In this document: positions 9,489 to 19,660 of the stretch, in pieces | How the letters are laid out: every line of letters begins with the position of its first letter | Position numbering within the stretch: the first letter of the stretch is position 1 | Assembly (NCBI GenBank): GCA_016932615.1 | Contig: JAFGCN010000027.1 | Span: 15,277 to 79,276, forward strand | Length of the DNA stretch: 64,000 nucleotides | From: Candidatus Aenigmatarchaeota archaeon | GTDB taxonomy: Archaea > Aenigmatarchaeota > Aenigmatarchaeia > QMZS01 | Direction: 5' to 3' | Made by a program: the position numbers and the translations under genes | The notes under the pieces: generated by a model | Databases searched by the model: none | Seen by the model: the letters and a program-made list of their open reading frames with translations, nothing else | Told to the model about the DNA's origin: nothing

Positions 9489-10904
9489 ATGTCCCGCCAG
9501 ATTTACGAGGAAACCCTTCTCTTTGCAGGCATACTGAAATGGTCCCTTCTGGCAGGAGCAGTTGGGATTCTGGTAGGCCTTTCCACGGCATTCTTTCTCA
9601 GGGTTTTGGAATGGGCGCTCCGGCTTGGGGCAGGCCACCCGATGTATTTTCTCTTCCTCCCCTTTTCGCTGTTTCTGGTCGCTTTCATAAGAAAATATGT
9701 CTTTCCCGAGGCGGACGCATGCAGCACGGATGGGGTCATAAAATACGTGCACCACCTGAAGAAAATTCCGGCCATGTCGATTCCAAAGGCCTTTATTATG
9801 CCGATACTCACTATTGCTTCCGGCGGCTCCGCGGGAAAAGAAGCGCCGGCGGCGGATGTCGGCGCGGGTCTTGGCTCTCTTTTTGGGAGCTTCATGAACC
9901 TGAATGACGAAGACAGGCGAAAGCTTACTATCTGCGGCATAAGCGCGGGATTTGCGTCTGTCTTTGGAACGCCGATTGCAGGCGCGATTTTCGGAGTCGA
10001 AGTGCTTTTTATGGGAAGCCTTCTCTATGAAATTCTTCTGCCGGCGTTTATTGCGGGGGTTATTGGCTACCAGGTTTCTTCTGCAATGGGCATAACTTAT
10101 TTTTACCAGCCAATTGACATTGTGCCTGTATTCAGCCAGAGCTTCTTTTTTGACCTTATAATTGCTGGACTGTTTTTTGGCGTGTGCTCAGCGTTTTTCA
10201 TGTTTGCCTTGAAAAGCTGCAAGTCCTTTTCAGGCAAGTTCAACATCTGGGCACCCTTGAAGGGCTTTGTGGCGGGGCTTGTCCTGGTTGTCCTTGCATT
10301 CTCTTTTTCCACCCAGTATCTGGGCCTTGGCCTTGGCTCGGTGCAGTCCTCCTTGCAGGGAAACCCGGCCGACCCGGAAGCTTTCGCGCTTAAGACGATA
10401 TTTACTTCGATAACTCTCGGATTTGGGGGAAGCGGGGGGGTAATCACTCCGGTGTTTTTTGTCGGGGCGACTTCAGGAAATTTTTTTGCGCAGGTTTTTA
10501 GTGAGGACATGGCCACCTTTTCTGCAATAGGGCTTGTCGCGGTTTTGGCGGGCGTTACCGGAACGCCGATTGCCGCAAGCATTCTTGCAGTCGAGCTTTT
10601 CGGCTCCCACGTCGCGCCTTACGCTGCAATTGGCTGCCTCATCAGTTTCATAGTCGTGGGAAACAGGAGCATTTTCCCTTCGCAGGTGACGTCGGTCAAG
10701 AGGACATATGTGCCTATAAGCATTGACGAGGAAATTGGAAGGGTCAAGCCCCACATTGACAAGGGCTACCAGCTCCTGGTGGGTGCGGGCGAAGCGCTGA
10801 GCGAAAAGGTGCGCCCGGGAAAGTATGAATTTCGGAGGAAGACGCTGAAGCAGAAGATTTCCGACAAGGTGAAAAAGGCGAAAAGCTATGTCTGGGAGGA
10901 CTGA
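9489..10904 (+). CDS. ClC-family chloride channel/antiporter
   Basis: GGSAGKEAP, GFASVFGTPIAGAIF..E, GGSGG.ITP. Confidence 0.9.
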   Translation: MSRQIYEETLLFAGILKWSLLAGAVGILVGLSTAFFLRVLEWALRLGAGHPMYFLFLPFSLFLVAFIRKYVFPEADACSTDGVIKYVHHLKKIPAMSIPKAFIMPILTIASGGSAGKEAPAADVGAGLGSLFGSFMNLNDEDRRKLTICGISAGFASVFGTPIAGAIFGVEVLFMGSLLYEILLPAFIAGVIGYQVSSAMGITYFYQPIDIVPVFSQSFFFDLIIAGLFFGVCSAFFMFALKSCKSFSGKFNIWAPLKGFVAGLVLVVLAFSFSTQYLGLGLGSVQSSLQGNPADPEAFALKTIFTSITLGFGGSGGVITPVFFVGATSGNFFAQVFSEDMATFSAIGLVAVLAGVTGTPIAASILAVELFGSHVAPYAAIGCLISFIVVGNRSIFPSQVTSVKRTYVPISIDEEIGRVKPHIDKGYQLLVGAGEALSEKVRPGKYEFRRKTLKQKISDKVKKAKSYVWED

Positions 10905-10966
10905 AAATTTTGCCTTTTTTGGAATTTTTTAAAAAAGAAAAAATTGCTTTGCAGGTGTGGTTTGGG

Positions 10967-11272
10967 CTACTTTTTGGTCACTTTCTCTTCCTTTAGGACC
11001 ATCTTTGCGATTAGGAATACAACTGCGGCTATTATGACGAAATTTATGAGCTCGGCCAGGAAAGGCCCCCACCCAATTATGACAGGGCCTAACGCAAAGG
11101 TTGCTGTTTTCCATGCGCCTCCGGGTATGAAAAACGTCACCACGGGCATTATGACATTGTCGACAAGGGACTTGACAAGAGCAGTTACTGCAACGCCCAT
11201 TATGAACGCCACTGCAAGCCCCACAACCTTGTATTCCTTCAGGAAATCCTTGAATTCTTTTACTAGTGCCAT
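10967..11272 (-). CDS. mscL: Large-conductance mechanosensitive channel
   Basis: EFKDFL...VVGLAVAFIMG, LV..VIMP, G.FL..LINF. Confidence 0.9.
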   Translation of the reverse strand: MALVKEFKDFLKEYKVVGLAVAFIMGVAVTALVKSLVDNVIMPVVTFFIPGGAWKTATFALGPVIIGWGPFLAELINFVIIAAVVFLIAKMVLKEEKVTKK

Positions 11273-11336
11273 AATTATCCAAGTGCCTGCTATATATGCT
11301 GTTTGGGAGAGAGCCGCAGAATAAGTGAGGGGGTGT

Positions 11337-11894
11337 TTAGGAAAGTCTTAATTTTGGGTGCTTAGAGGAAAGTTTTGCACACCAAAGCGACTCAAACCAA
11401 AGTTTTTTTTCGGCAATTATTTCCAGCCCGTATTTTTTCTTCAGCATTTCCACTTGGTTAAAACTTGAAAGCAGAACTATTGCCTCGCCCGTATTTTCTA
11501 GGTGATTTCCGACATTCTGCAAAAACCTTTCTGTCACCTCCTGCCCGTTCTTTCCGCCGCAGAGGCATTTTTCCCCCTTTCCCGGCAGGTATGGCGGGTT
11601 GAAGAAAACAAGGTCAAATTTTCCGGCTACTTTTTCGAACAGGTCGCTTTCGGCAAACTCGATGTTTTTTGCTCCTTTTTCCAATGCCTCCTTTTTTGCG
11701 CGCTTCAGGGCATCCGGATTGATGTCTATTGCGATAATCTTCCCTATTTTTGGGGAAAGTGCAATCGAGATGATTCCGCTTCCAGTGCCTATTTCAATCG
11801 CACTTTCAATTTTCCGGCTTCCAATTTCCTTTTCGATGCACTCCAGAAGAAAGTAGGTGTCTTCGCCCCCCTCGTATACGATTTCCTTCTCCAT
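11337..11894 (-). CDS. HemK2/Mtq2 protein glutamine N5-methyltransferase
   Basis: EDTYFLL, EIGTGSG, FNPPY. Confidence 0.85.
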   Translation of the reverse strand: MEKEIVYEGGEDTYFLLECIEKEIGSRKIESAIEIGTGSGIISIALSPKIGKIIAIDINPDALKRAKKEALEKGAKNIEFAESDLFEKVAGKFDLVFFNPPYLPGKGEKCLCGGKNGQEVTERFLQNVGNHLENTGEAIVLLSSFNQVEMLKKKYGLEIIAEKKLWFESLWCAKLSSKHPKLRLS

Positions 11895-11921
11895 ACTGAT
11901 ATATATGGCTGTTTTTTCTAG

Positions 11922-13010
11922 ATGATTATGCCTAAGCGGTTTTTGTCGGCAGGCGTTTTTTCAGGTCACTTGCCAGTGCTTGCCCTTCTGCTTTTCCTGC
12001 TGTTCTCACAAGCTGCTTTTGCCCTGGAAGTTATTTCCGGAGATACTGTCTATGTAAGCGAGCCCATTCAGGATGATATATTCGTAACTGCAGGCACAAT
12101 CTATGTGGATGCTCCCGTCAGCGGCGCAATACTTGGGGGAGGCAAGGTTGTGCTGAACGAGCCGGTTCAAGGAGACGTGCTGGCAATCGGCGGGGATATT
12201 GACGTTAATTCTGAGGTATATGGCCGGCTGGTTGCTATTGGGGGGACAGTTAACGTCAAGGGAAACGTTTCCACGAACCTGCTATTTGCTGGCGGCTCGG
12301 CAAAAATCCTTCCAGGCGCAGTTATCGGGCGTGACGCAGTTTTCTATGCGGGGATGGTTTCAAATGAGGGGGAAGTTGGAGGTAATTTGAGAGTCGAGGG
12401 CGGAAACCTCGAAAACAACGGAAGCGCAGGAGAAGTTATCGTTAAAAAGAGTAACGGAACAAGCGACCTTGAGCTTTTGGCCCAGGCGCTAAACATTCTC
12501 CTTCTTGTGAGCATATTCGTAACCGGGCTTATAGTCCTGGCGGTATTTCCCTCTCTTTTCACCAGCACTGAGGAGACTGTCAGGGAGTCGCCGGTAAGGT
12601 CATTTCTCATGGGTTTTGTCCTTGCCTTTGTTTCCCCACTGCTTGTTATCCTGTTTCTCCTTTCCATAGTCGGCATCCCGGTCGCCTTTTTCCTTGCCCT
12701 TGCATTTGTCTTCTCACTCATGGTTTCCGTCCTCGTTATTTCTTATGCTGTTGGGGGGTACATTTTCCGCGCTCTTGGCTTGAAAAACCACAATTTTCTG
12801 GCCTATATCATCGGTTACTTCCTGTTTATCCTGGCGGTCAGGGAGCTTCCTTTTGGCGGGTGGCTTCTTGCTATATCGATGCTTATGGGCGGAGGGGCGC
12901 TGTACTTTGCCGGAAGGGAGGGATTTGGCAGGAACAAGGGCTGGCGACTTCTGGCCGTTTTGAGGGAATTATGGCCGAAATTTTCGGGCAAAAAGCCCCC
13001 TTCAGAATAA
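11922..13010 (+). CDS. Membrane protein: signal peptide, beta-helix (bactofilin-like) repeats, multi-TM C-terminus
   Basis: Repeats such as V.GDV.A.GG.I.V; about 5 C-terminal TM segments. Confidence 0.7.
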   Translation: MIMPKRFLSAGVFSGHLPVLALLLFLLFSQAAFALEVISGDTVYVSEPIQDDIFVTAGTIYVDAPVSGAILGGGKVVLNEPVQGDVLAIGGDIDVNSEVYGRLVAIGGTVNVKGNVSTNLLFAGGSAKILPGAVIGRDAVFYAGMVSNEGEVGGNLRVEGGNLENNGSAGEVIVKKSNGTSDLELLAQALNILLLVSIFVTGLIVLAVFPSLFTSTEETVRESPVRSFLMGFVLAFVSPLLVILFLLSIVGIPVAFFLALAFVFSLMVSVLVISYAVGGYIFRALGLKNHNFLAYIIGYFLFILAVRELPFGGWLLAISMLMGGGALYFAGREGFGRNKGWRLLAVLRELWPKFSGKKPPSE

Positions 13011-13062
13011 CACCCGCCCCTGCGGGAATATCTGGCTAATTTATTTCTTTCGGCTCTATGTT

Positions 13063-13440
13063 ATGGGAAAGGTCAGGAACAGGAAGTTTCGCGGTTCAAA
13101 CACCTGCGGATACGGGTCTAAGAAAAAGCACCGGGGAAAGGGCTCAAGAGGAGGAGTCGGCTTTGCGGGCTCTAAAAAGCACAGGATGCAGATGTTCAAG
13201 ATGAAGTGCCCGGAGCACTACGACCACAGGGCTTTGAAAAAGAAGGCAGTATGCAGAGTCATAAACCTGGAAGACCTTAATAAGTTCGAAACGCCTGAGG
13301 TAAACCTGACCGAAATGGGCTATGAAAAGCTCCTTGGCTTGGGCGAGCCGAAAAAGAAGCTTAAAGTCACCGTTGCCCGATGGAGCAAATCCGCCGAGGA
13401 AAAGATAAAGGCAGCAGGCGGCGAGATAATTGAAGGTTAG
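13063..13440 (+). CDS. rpl15: 50S ribosomal protein uL15
   Basis: RGS.TCG.G..KKHRG.GSRGG.G.AG, KLLG.G, AEEKIKAAGG. Confidence 0.95.
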   Translation: MGKVRNRKFRGSNTCGYGSKKKHRGKGSRGGVGFAGSKKHRMQMFKMKCPEHYDHRALKKKAVCRVINLEDLNKFETPEVNLTEMGYEKLLGLGEPKKKLKVTVARWSKSAEEKIKAAGGEIIEG

Positions 13441-13552
13441 CTCATAGTATACTTTACTTCTGGATGATTTTCTCTTCTGGGATAATATCCTATTCTTTTT
13501 GGCTTTTAAAACTATTTATTCTTTTAAAGTAGCAATTATTTAGGTGAAAAAG

Positions 13553-14041
13553 ATGGCAGGTATCAATAATTCGGAGATAGTTCATGTAGGGTTGCCTTCA
13601 GATAAAGGCATGGTCACCATCAATAGAACTGGAGACACATACCTCATTAACTTTTCAAGGATTATTGGAGACAGAAGCTATAGTTCAAATCTGGAGCTGG
13701 GTGATGGTCGTATCCTTAGGTATTCTTCCTGGGTTGATGCTGACGAGCATAGGGCTATCCCTGGGTCTAGTACTACCCTTACAGAGGGTATTATCTCGGA
13801 GGGGTATTATGGATATAATGACACTTCGTATGATTCTAGGTTGGGCCGTGCGAGAGATAGATTGAAAGATATGCGATTGCTTCAGGAATCGATCCTGCCG
13901 GCTCAGGTTCCGGAATTGGACCAGGCGGTACTTACTTTGGGCCTGATTGCCTCAGATATGGGTAACCCTCTTAGCAATCTCGAATATACACCAACTACAC
14001 CTCCACCAAGCCCTCTGTCGGATAGGCCGTTTGTAGGATAG
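13553..14041 (+). CDS. Hypothetical protein
   Basis: ORF with AGGTGA upstream of the ATG; no recognisable motif. Confidence 0.55.
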   Translation: MAGINNSEIVHVGLPSDKGMVTINRTGDTYLINFSRIIGDRSYSSNLELGDGRILRYSSWVDADEHRAIPGSSTTLTEGIISEGYYGYNDTSYDSRLGRARDRLKDMRLLQESILPAQVPELDQAVLTLGLIASDMGNPLSNLEYTPTTPPPSPLSDRPFVG

Positions 14042-14518
14042 TCTTTGTTAGTTTAAGAGGGCGAATAATTGAAGGGTGATTTTGGCGTTTGTCGCTTTCT
14101 GATGGATAATTGTTGGACTATTCTGTCTATTTTTCCCTTCTTGTTTGCCAAGGGTAGCCAAATAGACCAGGCCCGTATCTTTGAAGGGCACCCATAAAAA
14201 CAGTTTAATAAGGGCTATAAGTAGCTAGGGGGTCTTATTCGTCACGAAACGTATTTTTTACAGACCCCTCCTTTTTGTGAGGGGTTTTCATAGCGCGCCA
14301 ATTATGTTGCCTTGCAGTAGTTTCTATCTCTAAGGATGTGCTTTTTTCCCGATATGCATCTCCTCTCAGTTTCCAGCCATTTGCCTTGTAAATAACTACC
14401 CTTTAGTAAAATTACAAAGTAAGCTACCTCTAAAATGGCTCTAAACGTCAATTAGCCGGCTTTTAAGCGGTTTGGTGGTGTATATAAGCTAAATATACAT
14501 TATTATTTAGTGACAACT

Positions 14519-15466
14519 ATGAAAGTAACCACTATTTGGTTGGACCTACTTGCCTTAGCAATAGTCGCAGGAATAGTCCTGCCGGGATTTGCAATGGCAG
14601 AAGGGCGCAGCGATGTAGAGACAGGAATTGCCTGGGCAAGACCATATTATCTTGCAATGCTTTCGGCCAGAGCTGAAACTGGAGCATGCCTTGATGAATT
14701 GGCAGTTTGCAACGAAACTCTCAATAAAACCCAGACAAAGCTTAAAAGGGTTATGAAACCACGCTCAAGCGGGCCCATAACCTCAGAAGGGCAGCGCTAC
14801 TATGATATGTGGCAGTCATGCCTTAGCGGAAGCCCAAATGGAGAAGGCACCGAGTGTGAGGACTGCACACCCGCAAACGAGGAGAACTGTGAGCAGTATT
14901 GCCCAGAACAGGACTGCGAGACAGATGAATGCACCCCGGTAAATGAGGAAACCTGCAGCGAATACATAAACGAGGATACTTGTGCGCAATACTTCCCAGA
15001 GGAAGAAGGATGCACCCCGGTTAACTACCAGACATGCCGGCCTTACATCAACGCTAACACCTGCAGCGGATACATCAACGCTAACACATGCAGACCTTAC
15101 GTAAACATGAATTCCTGCAGACCCTACATAAACATGAACACCTGCAGCGGATACATCAACGCCAACACCTGCAAGCCATACATAAATGAAGACTCCTGTG
15201 AGGAATATTGCCCGGACCAGGCCTGCAACGAGATAGAGATAGAAGTAACGCTTGACAAGTCAGAATCAATAACAATTGATGGAACAAAACTGACTTCTTC
15301 AGGGACAGAAACTTCGTGCGGACATAAGAAGGTAACAATAAATGGCGTCAAGATTGCAGAGCACGCAAGCCATACGTTTGGTCAGGTAACTGTTAAGGTA
15401 GAGGACATATCCGGAAATACTGCAGATTTAGAAATCTCAATTCAGGACTGCACGGATGAAAGATAA
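14519..15466 (+). CDS. Secreted Cys-rich tandem-repeat protein
   Basis: Signal peptide; 9-aa repeats Y[IV]NxxxCxx. Confidence 0.75.
   Translation: MKVTTIWLDLLALAIVAGIVLPGFAMAEGRSDVETGIAWARPYYLAMLSARAETGACLDELAVCNETLNKTQTKLKRVMKPRSSGPITSEGQRYYDMWQSCLSGSPNGEGTECEDCTPANEENCEQYCPEQDCETDECTPVNEETCSEYINEDTCAQYFPEEEGCTPVNYQTCRPYINANTCSGYINANTCRPYVNMNSCRPYINMNTCSGYINANTCKPYINEDSCEEYCPDQACNEIEIEVTLDKSESITIDGTKLTSSGTETSCGHKKVTINGVKIAEHASHTFGQVTVKVEDISGNTADLEISIQDCTDER
15044..15205 (+). repeat. In-frame 27-nt tandem repeat (about 6 units; degenerate units further upstream)
   Basis: tacatcaacgctaacacctgcagcgga-like units encoding YINANTCSG, YINANTCRP, YVNMNSCRP, YINMNTCSG, YINANTCKP, YINEDSCEE. Confidence 0.85.
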
Positions 15467-15492
15467 TTTTCTTTTGAGGTTTTGTAATAGTT

Positions 15493-16050
15493 TTACAAGA
15501 GAGCTTTCTTTATTGCTTCATATTTTTCGCTAAGCATTTCCTGTGCCTCAGGCATAAGCTTTTCCCAGCTTCTTTCAAGCTTTCCCAAAACCCAGTCCCT
15601 GCCTTCATCTATTCCCATTTCGTGCTTTGTGTAGGCAAGGTAGAGCAGGGAAGCGACATTGTCAAAATGCGCCATGGCGTCGCTACTGGCGACAATTTCG
15701 GCCTCAAGGGTCTCTCTTGGAATGTTTTTGCTTGCCCGGTGGGCCAGAATGCAGTGCTGCACGCGCTTTATGCGGTCTTCAGGGTAGTACATACTATAAA
15801 GGACCTCTCCGGCAAGCCGGGCGCTGTGTATGTGGTGCTCTGGGTATAGCTCTTTGTCCAGAACAGATGAATAATCGTGAAAAAGGGCTCCAAGCTCGCA
15901 GATTTCCTCGTCACCGCCGGTCTTTCGTGCCAGGGCTTTAGAGTATTTTACGACCGACTCTATGTGGTGCGTCCACGCCCCGTAGCCATAGGCATTGTTT
16001 TCACTCCTACAGGCCGATTCCACGAGGTTTCTGGCTTCTTCAGCAATCAT
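15493..16050 (-). CDS. HD-domain phosphohydrolase
   Basis: HH...V, LFHD, HH, H, SSDAMAH. Confidence 0.85.
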   Translation of the reverse strand: MIAEEARNLVESACRSENNAYGYGAWTHHIESVVKYSKALARKTGGDEEICELGALFHDYSSVLDKELYPEHHIHSARLAGEVLYSMYYPEDRIKRVQHCILAHRASKNIPRETLEAEIVASSDAMAHFDNVASLLYLAYTKHEMGIDEGRDWVLGKLERSWEKLMPEAQEMLSEKYEAIKKALL

Positions 16051-16116
16051 AAGCTTATAAGGAAAGCTTTATCTACGATTCTTTCGAGCAATTATTATTT
16101 TTAAAAGAGTTATTTA

Positions 16117-17484
16117 ATGAACCTAGTGAACAAGATGCCGGGAGTCGTAAACCCTAAATCCCGGCTTAACTTCAAGGACCGGCTTAAATGGACTGTGCTT
16201 GTTCTTGTTCTTTTCTTTTTGATGGGTGAGACCCCGCTTATCGGAGTCGCACAGCAAAGCTATGATTACTTCAAGAATATATCCGTGCTTTTGGGTTCAG
16301 AATTCGGGACTCTTGGGACACTTGGTATTGGCCCGATTGTTACCGCTTCCATTCTTCTTCAGGTTTTGGTCGGGGCCAAGATTCTTGGTTGGGACCTGAG
16401 CAAAAGGGAAGGTAGGGTCAAGTTCCAGGGCACGCAGAAAATGCTTGCAATCGCTTTTTGTTTCCTTGAAGGTTTTGCGTACGTAATGTTTGGGGCCGTA
16501 CAGGCGGAAGTTCCGTCAATGGTCCTGTTTGTTGGCCTGCAGATTGCGGCAGGCGGCCTTATAATCCTATTCCTTGATGAGGTAAGCACAAAATGGGGCC
16601 TTGGGCCGGGTGTTTCCCTGTTTATTGCCGCAGGGGTTTCTAAAGTCATATTTGTCCGGATGCTGTCCGTTGTCCCATCAGGAGAATACTTTGCAGGCGC
16701 CATTCCAAGCCTTCTTGCAAGCCTTCCCGTGGGAAGAATTGACTTGGCCGCATTTTACCTGACCGCCATTCTTGCAACGGTTCTTATATTTGCCCTTTCA
16801 TTGTTCGCACAGTCCATAAAGGTTGAAATCCCTCTTGCTTTCTCGCAGGTGAGGGGCTTTGGAAGAAGGTGGCCTTTAAACCTGTTCTATACCTCCAACA
16901 TGCCGGTAATCCTTGCTTCTGCCTTCCTTATTAACATTTCCCTTTTCGGCTCAATTCTCGATAATCAGGGCATAACATCTATTCTTGGCACTTATGATGA
17001 TACCACGGGCCAGCCGATAAGCGGGCTTGGTTATTACCTTTCAGCGCCGCACAACCTTCTTCCAACAGTAATGTCTGGCCTTGTGTCCGGAGCAGAGATT
17101 CCTACCGCAGAGTTTGTGCGTGCGATAACCTATACGATATTCCTGACGGCTCTTTGCGTCGTATTTGCCTTCTTCTGGGTCGAAACCACCAATATGGGCC
17201 CTGAGCCGGTGGCAGACCAGATTACTTCGGTTGGTATGCAGATTCCGGGCTTTAGAAAGGACAAGAGAATCCTGGTTGGGATTCTGTCGAAATATATTTA
17301 CCCGCTTACAATAATGGGCGCCATTGCCGTTGGGCTTCTGGCAGCCATTGCCGACCTTACCGGCGCTTTTGGAACCGGAACCGGAATCCTTCTTACGGTA
17401 ATGATTCTCTACAACTTCTACGAGAGAATCGGCCAGCAGTATGCTGAAGACATGAACCCTGCGGTCAGGAAGTTCTTCGAATAA
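16117..17484 (+). CDS. secY: Protein translocase SecY (archaeal)
   Basis: LGIGPIVTASI, G.SLFIAAG, LFYTSNMPVIL, IPGFR, GTGILL. Confidence 0.97.
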   Translation: MNLVNKMPGVVNPKSRLNFKDRLKWTVLVLVLFFLMGETPLIGVAQQSYDYFKNISVLLGSEFGTLGTLGIGPIVTASILLQVLVGAKILGWDLSKREGRVKFQGTQKMLAIAFCFLEGFAYVMFGAVQAEVPSMVLFVGLQIAAGGLIILFLDEVSTKWGLGPGVSLFIAAGVSKVIFVRMLSVVPSGEYFAGAIPSLLASLPVGRIDLAAFYLTAILATVLIFALSLFAQSIKVEIPLAFSQVRGFGRRWPLNLFYTSNMPVILASAFLINISLFGSILDNQGITSILGTYDDTTGQPISGLGYYLSAPHNLLPTVMSGLVSGAEIPTAEFVRAITYTIFLTALCVVFAFFWVETTNMGPEPVADQITSVGMQIPGFRKDKRILVGILSKYIYPLTIMGAIAVGLLAAIADLTGAFGTGTGILLTVMILYNFYERIGQQYAEDMNPAVRKFFE

Positions 17485-17538
17485 AACTGCAAACAGTTTT
17501 ATCATTTAGGGCATCTTCACCTTCGGTTCGACACCCTG

Positions 17539-17570
17539 AAAGGGCCGACACCTCCAAAAGAAGCAGATTC
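17539..17570 (+). repeat. Partial copy of the tRNA-intron-associated repeat
   Basis: AAAGGGCCGACACCTCCAAAAGAA is 23/24 identical to 55648-55671; AAGCAGATTC matches the tRNA-Cys intron. Confidence 0.75.
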
Positions 17571-17675
17571 GAAAAAGCCCCGGGCTTTTTTTAGTAAACA
17601 CTTTGCCTTGATTCCCCTAAACGGCCACAATATCAAAAGGATTGAGCAGGGCAAATATCTTGAAGGATATTAGTT

Positions 17676-19028
17676 ATGGCTCCTGATTTGCGCGCTCTGG
17701 CAATTGTTGCTGCCATCATTTTCCTGCCAGCGGCAGCTTTGGCTGTGGACACAGGCGCGCCTTATTTTCAAAATCCTTCTTCTGCAGGTTCCTGTATTGA
17801 CGTGCCCCTGACAGTGGACGTAGAGGAAAGGTGCAGGATGAATCGGCTTGAGGCAAGCCCAAGGGTTCAGGGCGGCTGCGTCGTTGGGTATGACTGTGTT
17901 TACCCCTCCAAGGTTGGCTCTGTTGCAGGAAACAGCGCAAACTTAACGGTCCTTTCAATTGAGCCCTGTCTTGAAATCTCTGTTGTTTCAAACATCAGCC
18001 GCATTTTGGAGGAAATGAAGGCAGCAGAAGATAGCGGCGACAAGGCGGCTTATGATGAACTTTCCAGGGAGCTTGAGAAGCTAAGCTTATCGGTGGAAGC
18101 AGCAAGAGCCCGGTGTATTGCCAAGCTTCCGGCAAGGCCTTCAGAGGACCCAGACCACCTTCTGGATACCCCGGTGGCTGCCCAGATTAGGGCCTGCGAC
18201 GCTTTAGAATCGAGAAGGGCGAAAGTTGCTTACCTTCAGGGCATCCTTTCAGACCAGCAGAAGCAGAAATATTCCGGAGTTTCTCCCGAGGCGATTTCTG
18301 CAACAATTGGGCAATTGGAAGCCCAGTCGGCTTTTCTGGGGGAGGGCTGCAAAGATTTGGAGAAAGCAGGCCTTGGCGAACTTCTGATGGAGGCGGTAGG
18401 GGAGAGTACCTCAGGAGCAGGAGATATACTTGTCTACTACCAGATGCGCCTTTCCGAGATTTCTGCCTCTAATGAGACTCCTTCTGCAAAGGCAGGGCAA
18501 TTTATCGGGCTTAAGAATGAAACAAATCAGCTGGCGGCACTTCTTGTGGAAAAGCAGGGCCAGGTCAATGTCAGTGAACTCCGCCCCCTTGTAAGGAAAA
18601 TTTCCGTAATGCAGGGGGCAACTGAGGTGGAGGGCATAAGAGTTTATCCTAAGGCAGGCAGCATTGTTTTCAGGGCGAATGGGCTTCCCACTGCAATAAG
18701 GTACAACCTTTCTGGAATATTCCTGGATTCTGAAGGCATTTACGCCAAAATTGATAATATTACGCTTAATGAGGGTAAGCTCTTTGCAGAGGGAGTGGAA
18801 ATACGAGTTCTCCCTTCACAGGTAACAAGAAAGCTTGGCATTACGCCAAAGGAAATGCGGGTCGTGCCCAGGGGGGAAGGTCTGGCTTACCGGCTCACTC
18901 AGGAAGAGAGAGGAAAATTCCTGTGGCTTTTCCCGGTAGAGTATGAAAGGATAATCGAAGCCAGTGCGGAAAGCGCAAGCGTAGTGGCTAATAACGCCCC
19001 CTGGTGGTCAGTATTTGTAGTAAAATGA
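17676..19028 (+). CDS. Secreted hypothetical protein
   Basis: Signal peptide, coiled-coil middle, C-terminal KFLWLFPV...PWWS. Confidence 0.7.
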   Translation: MAPDLRALAIVAAIIFLPAAALAVDTGAPYFQNPSSAGSCIDVPLTVDVEERCRMNRLEASPRVQGGCVVGYDCVYPSKVGSVAGNSANLTVLSIEPCLEISVVSNISRILEEMKAAEDSGDKAAYDELSRELEKLSLSVEAARARCIAKLPARPSEDPDHLLDTPVAAQIRACDALESRRAKVAYLQGILSDQQKQKYSGVSPEAISATIGQLEAQSAFLGEGCKDLEKAGLGELLMEAVGESTSGAGDILVYYQMRLSEISASNETPSAKAGQFIGLKNETNQLAALLVEKQGQVNVSELRPLVRKISVMQGATEVEGIRVYPKAGSIVFRANGLPTAIRYNLSGIFLDSEGIYAKIDNITLNEGKLFAEGVEIRVLPSQVTRKLGITPKEMRVVPRGEGLAYRLTQEERGKFLWLFPVEYERIIEASAESASVVANNAPWWSVFVVK

Positions 19029-19055
19029 AGCAAATAGGTTTTAAGGGCCTGTGAG

Positions 19056-19364
19056 CTAAATGTAGGTTTTAAGCTTCTTTTTGAGCGCCGGCTCAGGGTA
19101 GAAGCCGACAATCTGGTCTATTAGCTTTCCGTCTTTGAAGACAAGGATATTGGGAATTGACCTTATCTCGTACTCACCTGTCACCTCGGGGTTTTCGTCA
19201 GTATTCAGCTTTCCAAACTTTATCTCGGTAATCTCTCCAGACAGATTTTCAAGAACGGGGCTGAGCATCTTGCATGGAGGGCACCATTCGGCAAAGCAGT
19301 CGACAACAGATACGCCTTCCTTTACGAAATTTTTGAAGTTTTTGTCCGTTACTTCTTTTATCAT
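19056..19364 (-). CDS. trxA: Thioredoxin
   Basis: WCPPCK, IRSIP. Confidence 0.93.
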   Translation of the reverse strand: MIKEVTDKNFKNFVKEGVSVVDCFAEWCPPCKMLSPVLENLSGEITEIKFGKLNTDENPEVTGEYEIRSIPNILVFKDGKLIDQIVGFYPEPALKKKLKTYI

Positions 19365-19365
19365 C

Positions 19366-19560
19366 TTATACCTTAAATTTGGCTATTTCCTTGATGTTGT
19401 CCGAGTGCGTAAGAAATGTTGTTCTGCAGCAGTATCTTTTAAGCCCTATCTGGTCCATGACCTCTCCGGGCTTTTCTCCATTCTCGGTCTTTTTCTTGTA
19501 GTCAGACCAAAGATGGCCGATTACTTTTCCGCAGGTGAAACATCGAACAGGTATTATCAT
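19366..19560 (-). CDS. rpoN: RNA polymerase subunit N (Rpo10)
   Basis: MIIPVRCFTCGKVIG...RYCCR; true start ATG at 19560. Confidence 0.96.
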   Translation of the reverse strand: MIIPVRCFTCGKVIGHLWSDYKKKTENGEKPGEVMDQIGLKRYCCRTTFLTHSDNIKEIAKFKV

Positions 19561-19660
19561 TAAATATACTTGGCTAAATAATTTAAAAAGGCATTTTAGC
19601 CCCTTTAGCTTTCCAAAGCCGTGGAAAACACCATTAAAAGCTTTTCCTCCATATAATGAA

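Noticed and set aside
14076..14509. ncRNA or riboswitch in the long intergenic region (GGGGTCT...AGACCCC stem)
   Set aside because: Only generic hairpins; no recognisable family motif or convincing ORF
15044..15205. CRISPR array or DGR template/variable repeats
   Set aside because: The repeats are in-frame coding units without spacers, differences are not adenine-specific, and there is no cas or RT gene in the window
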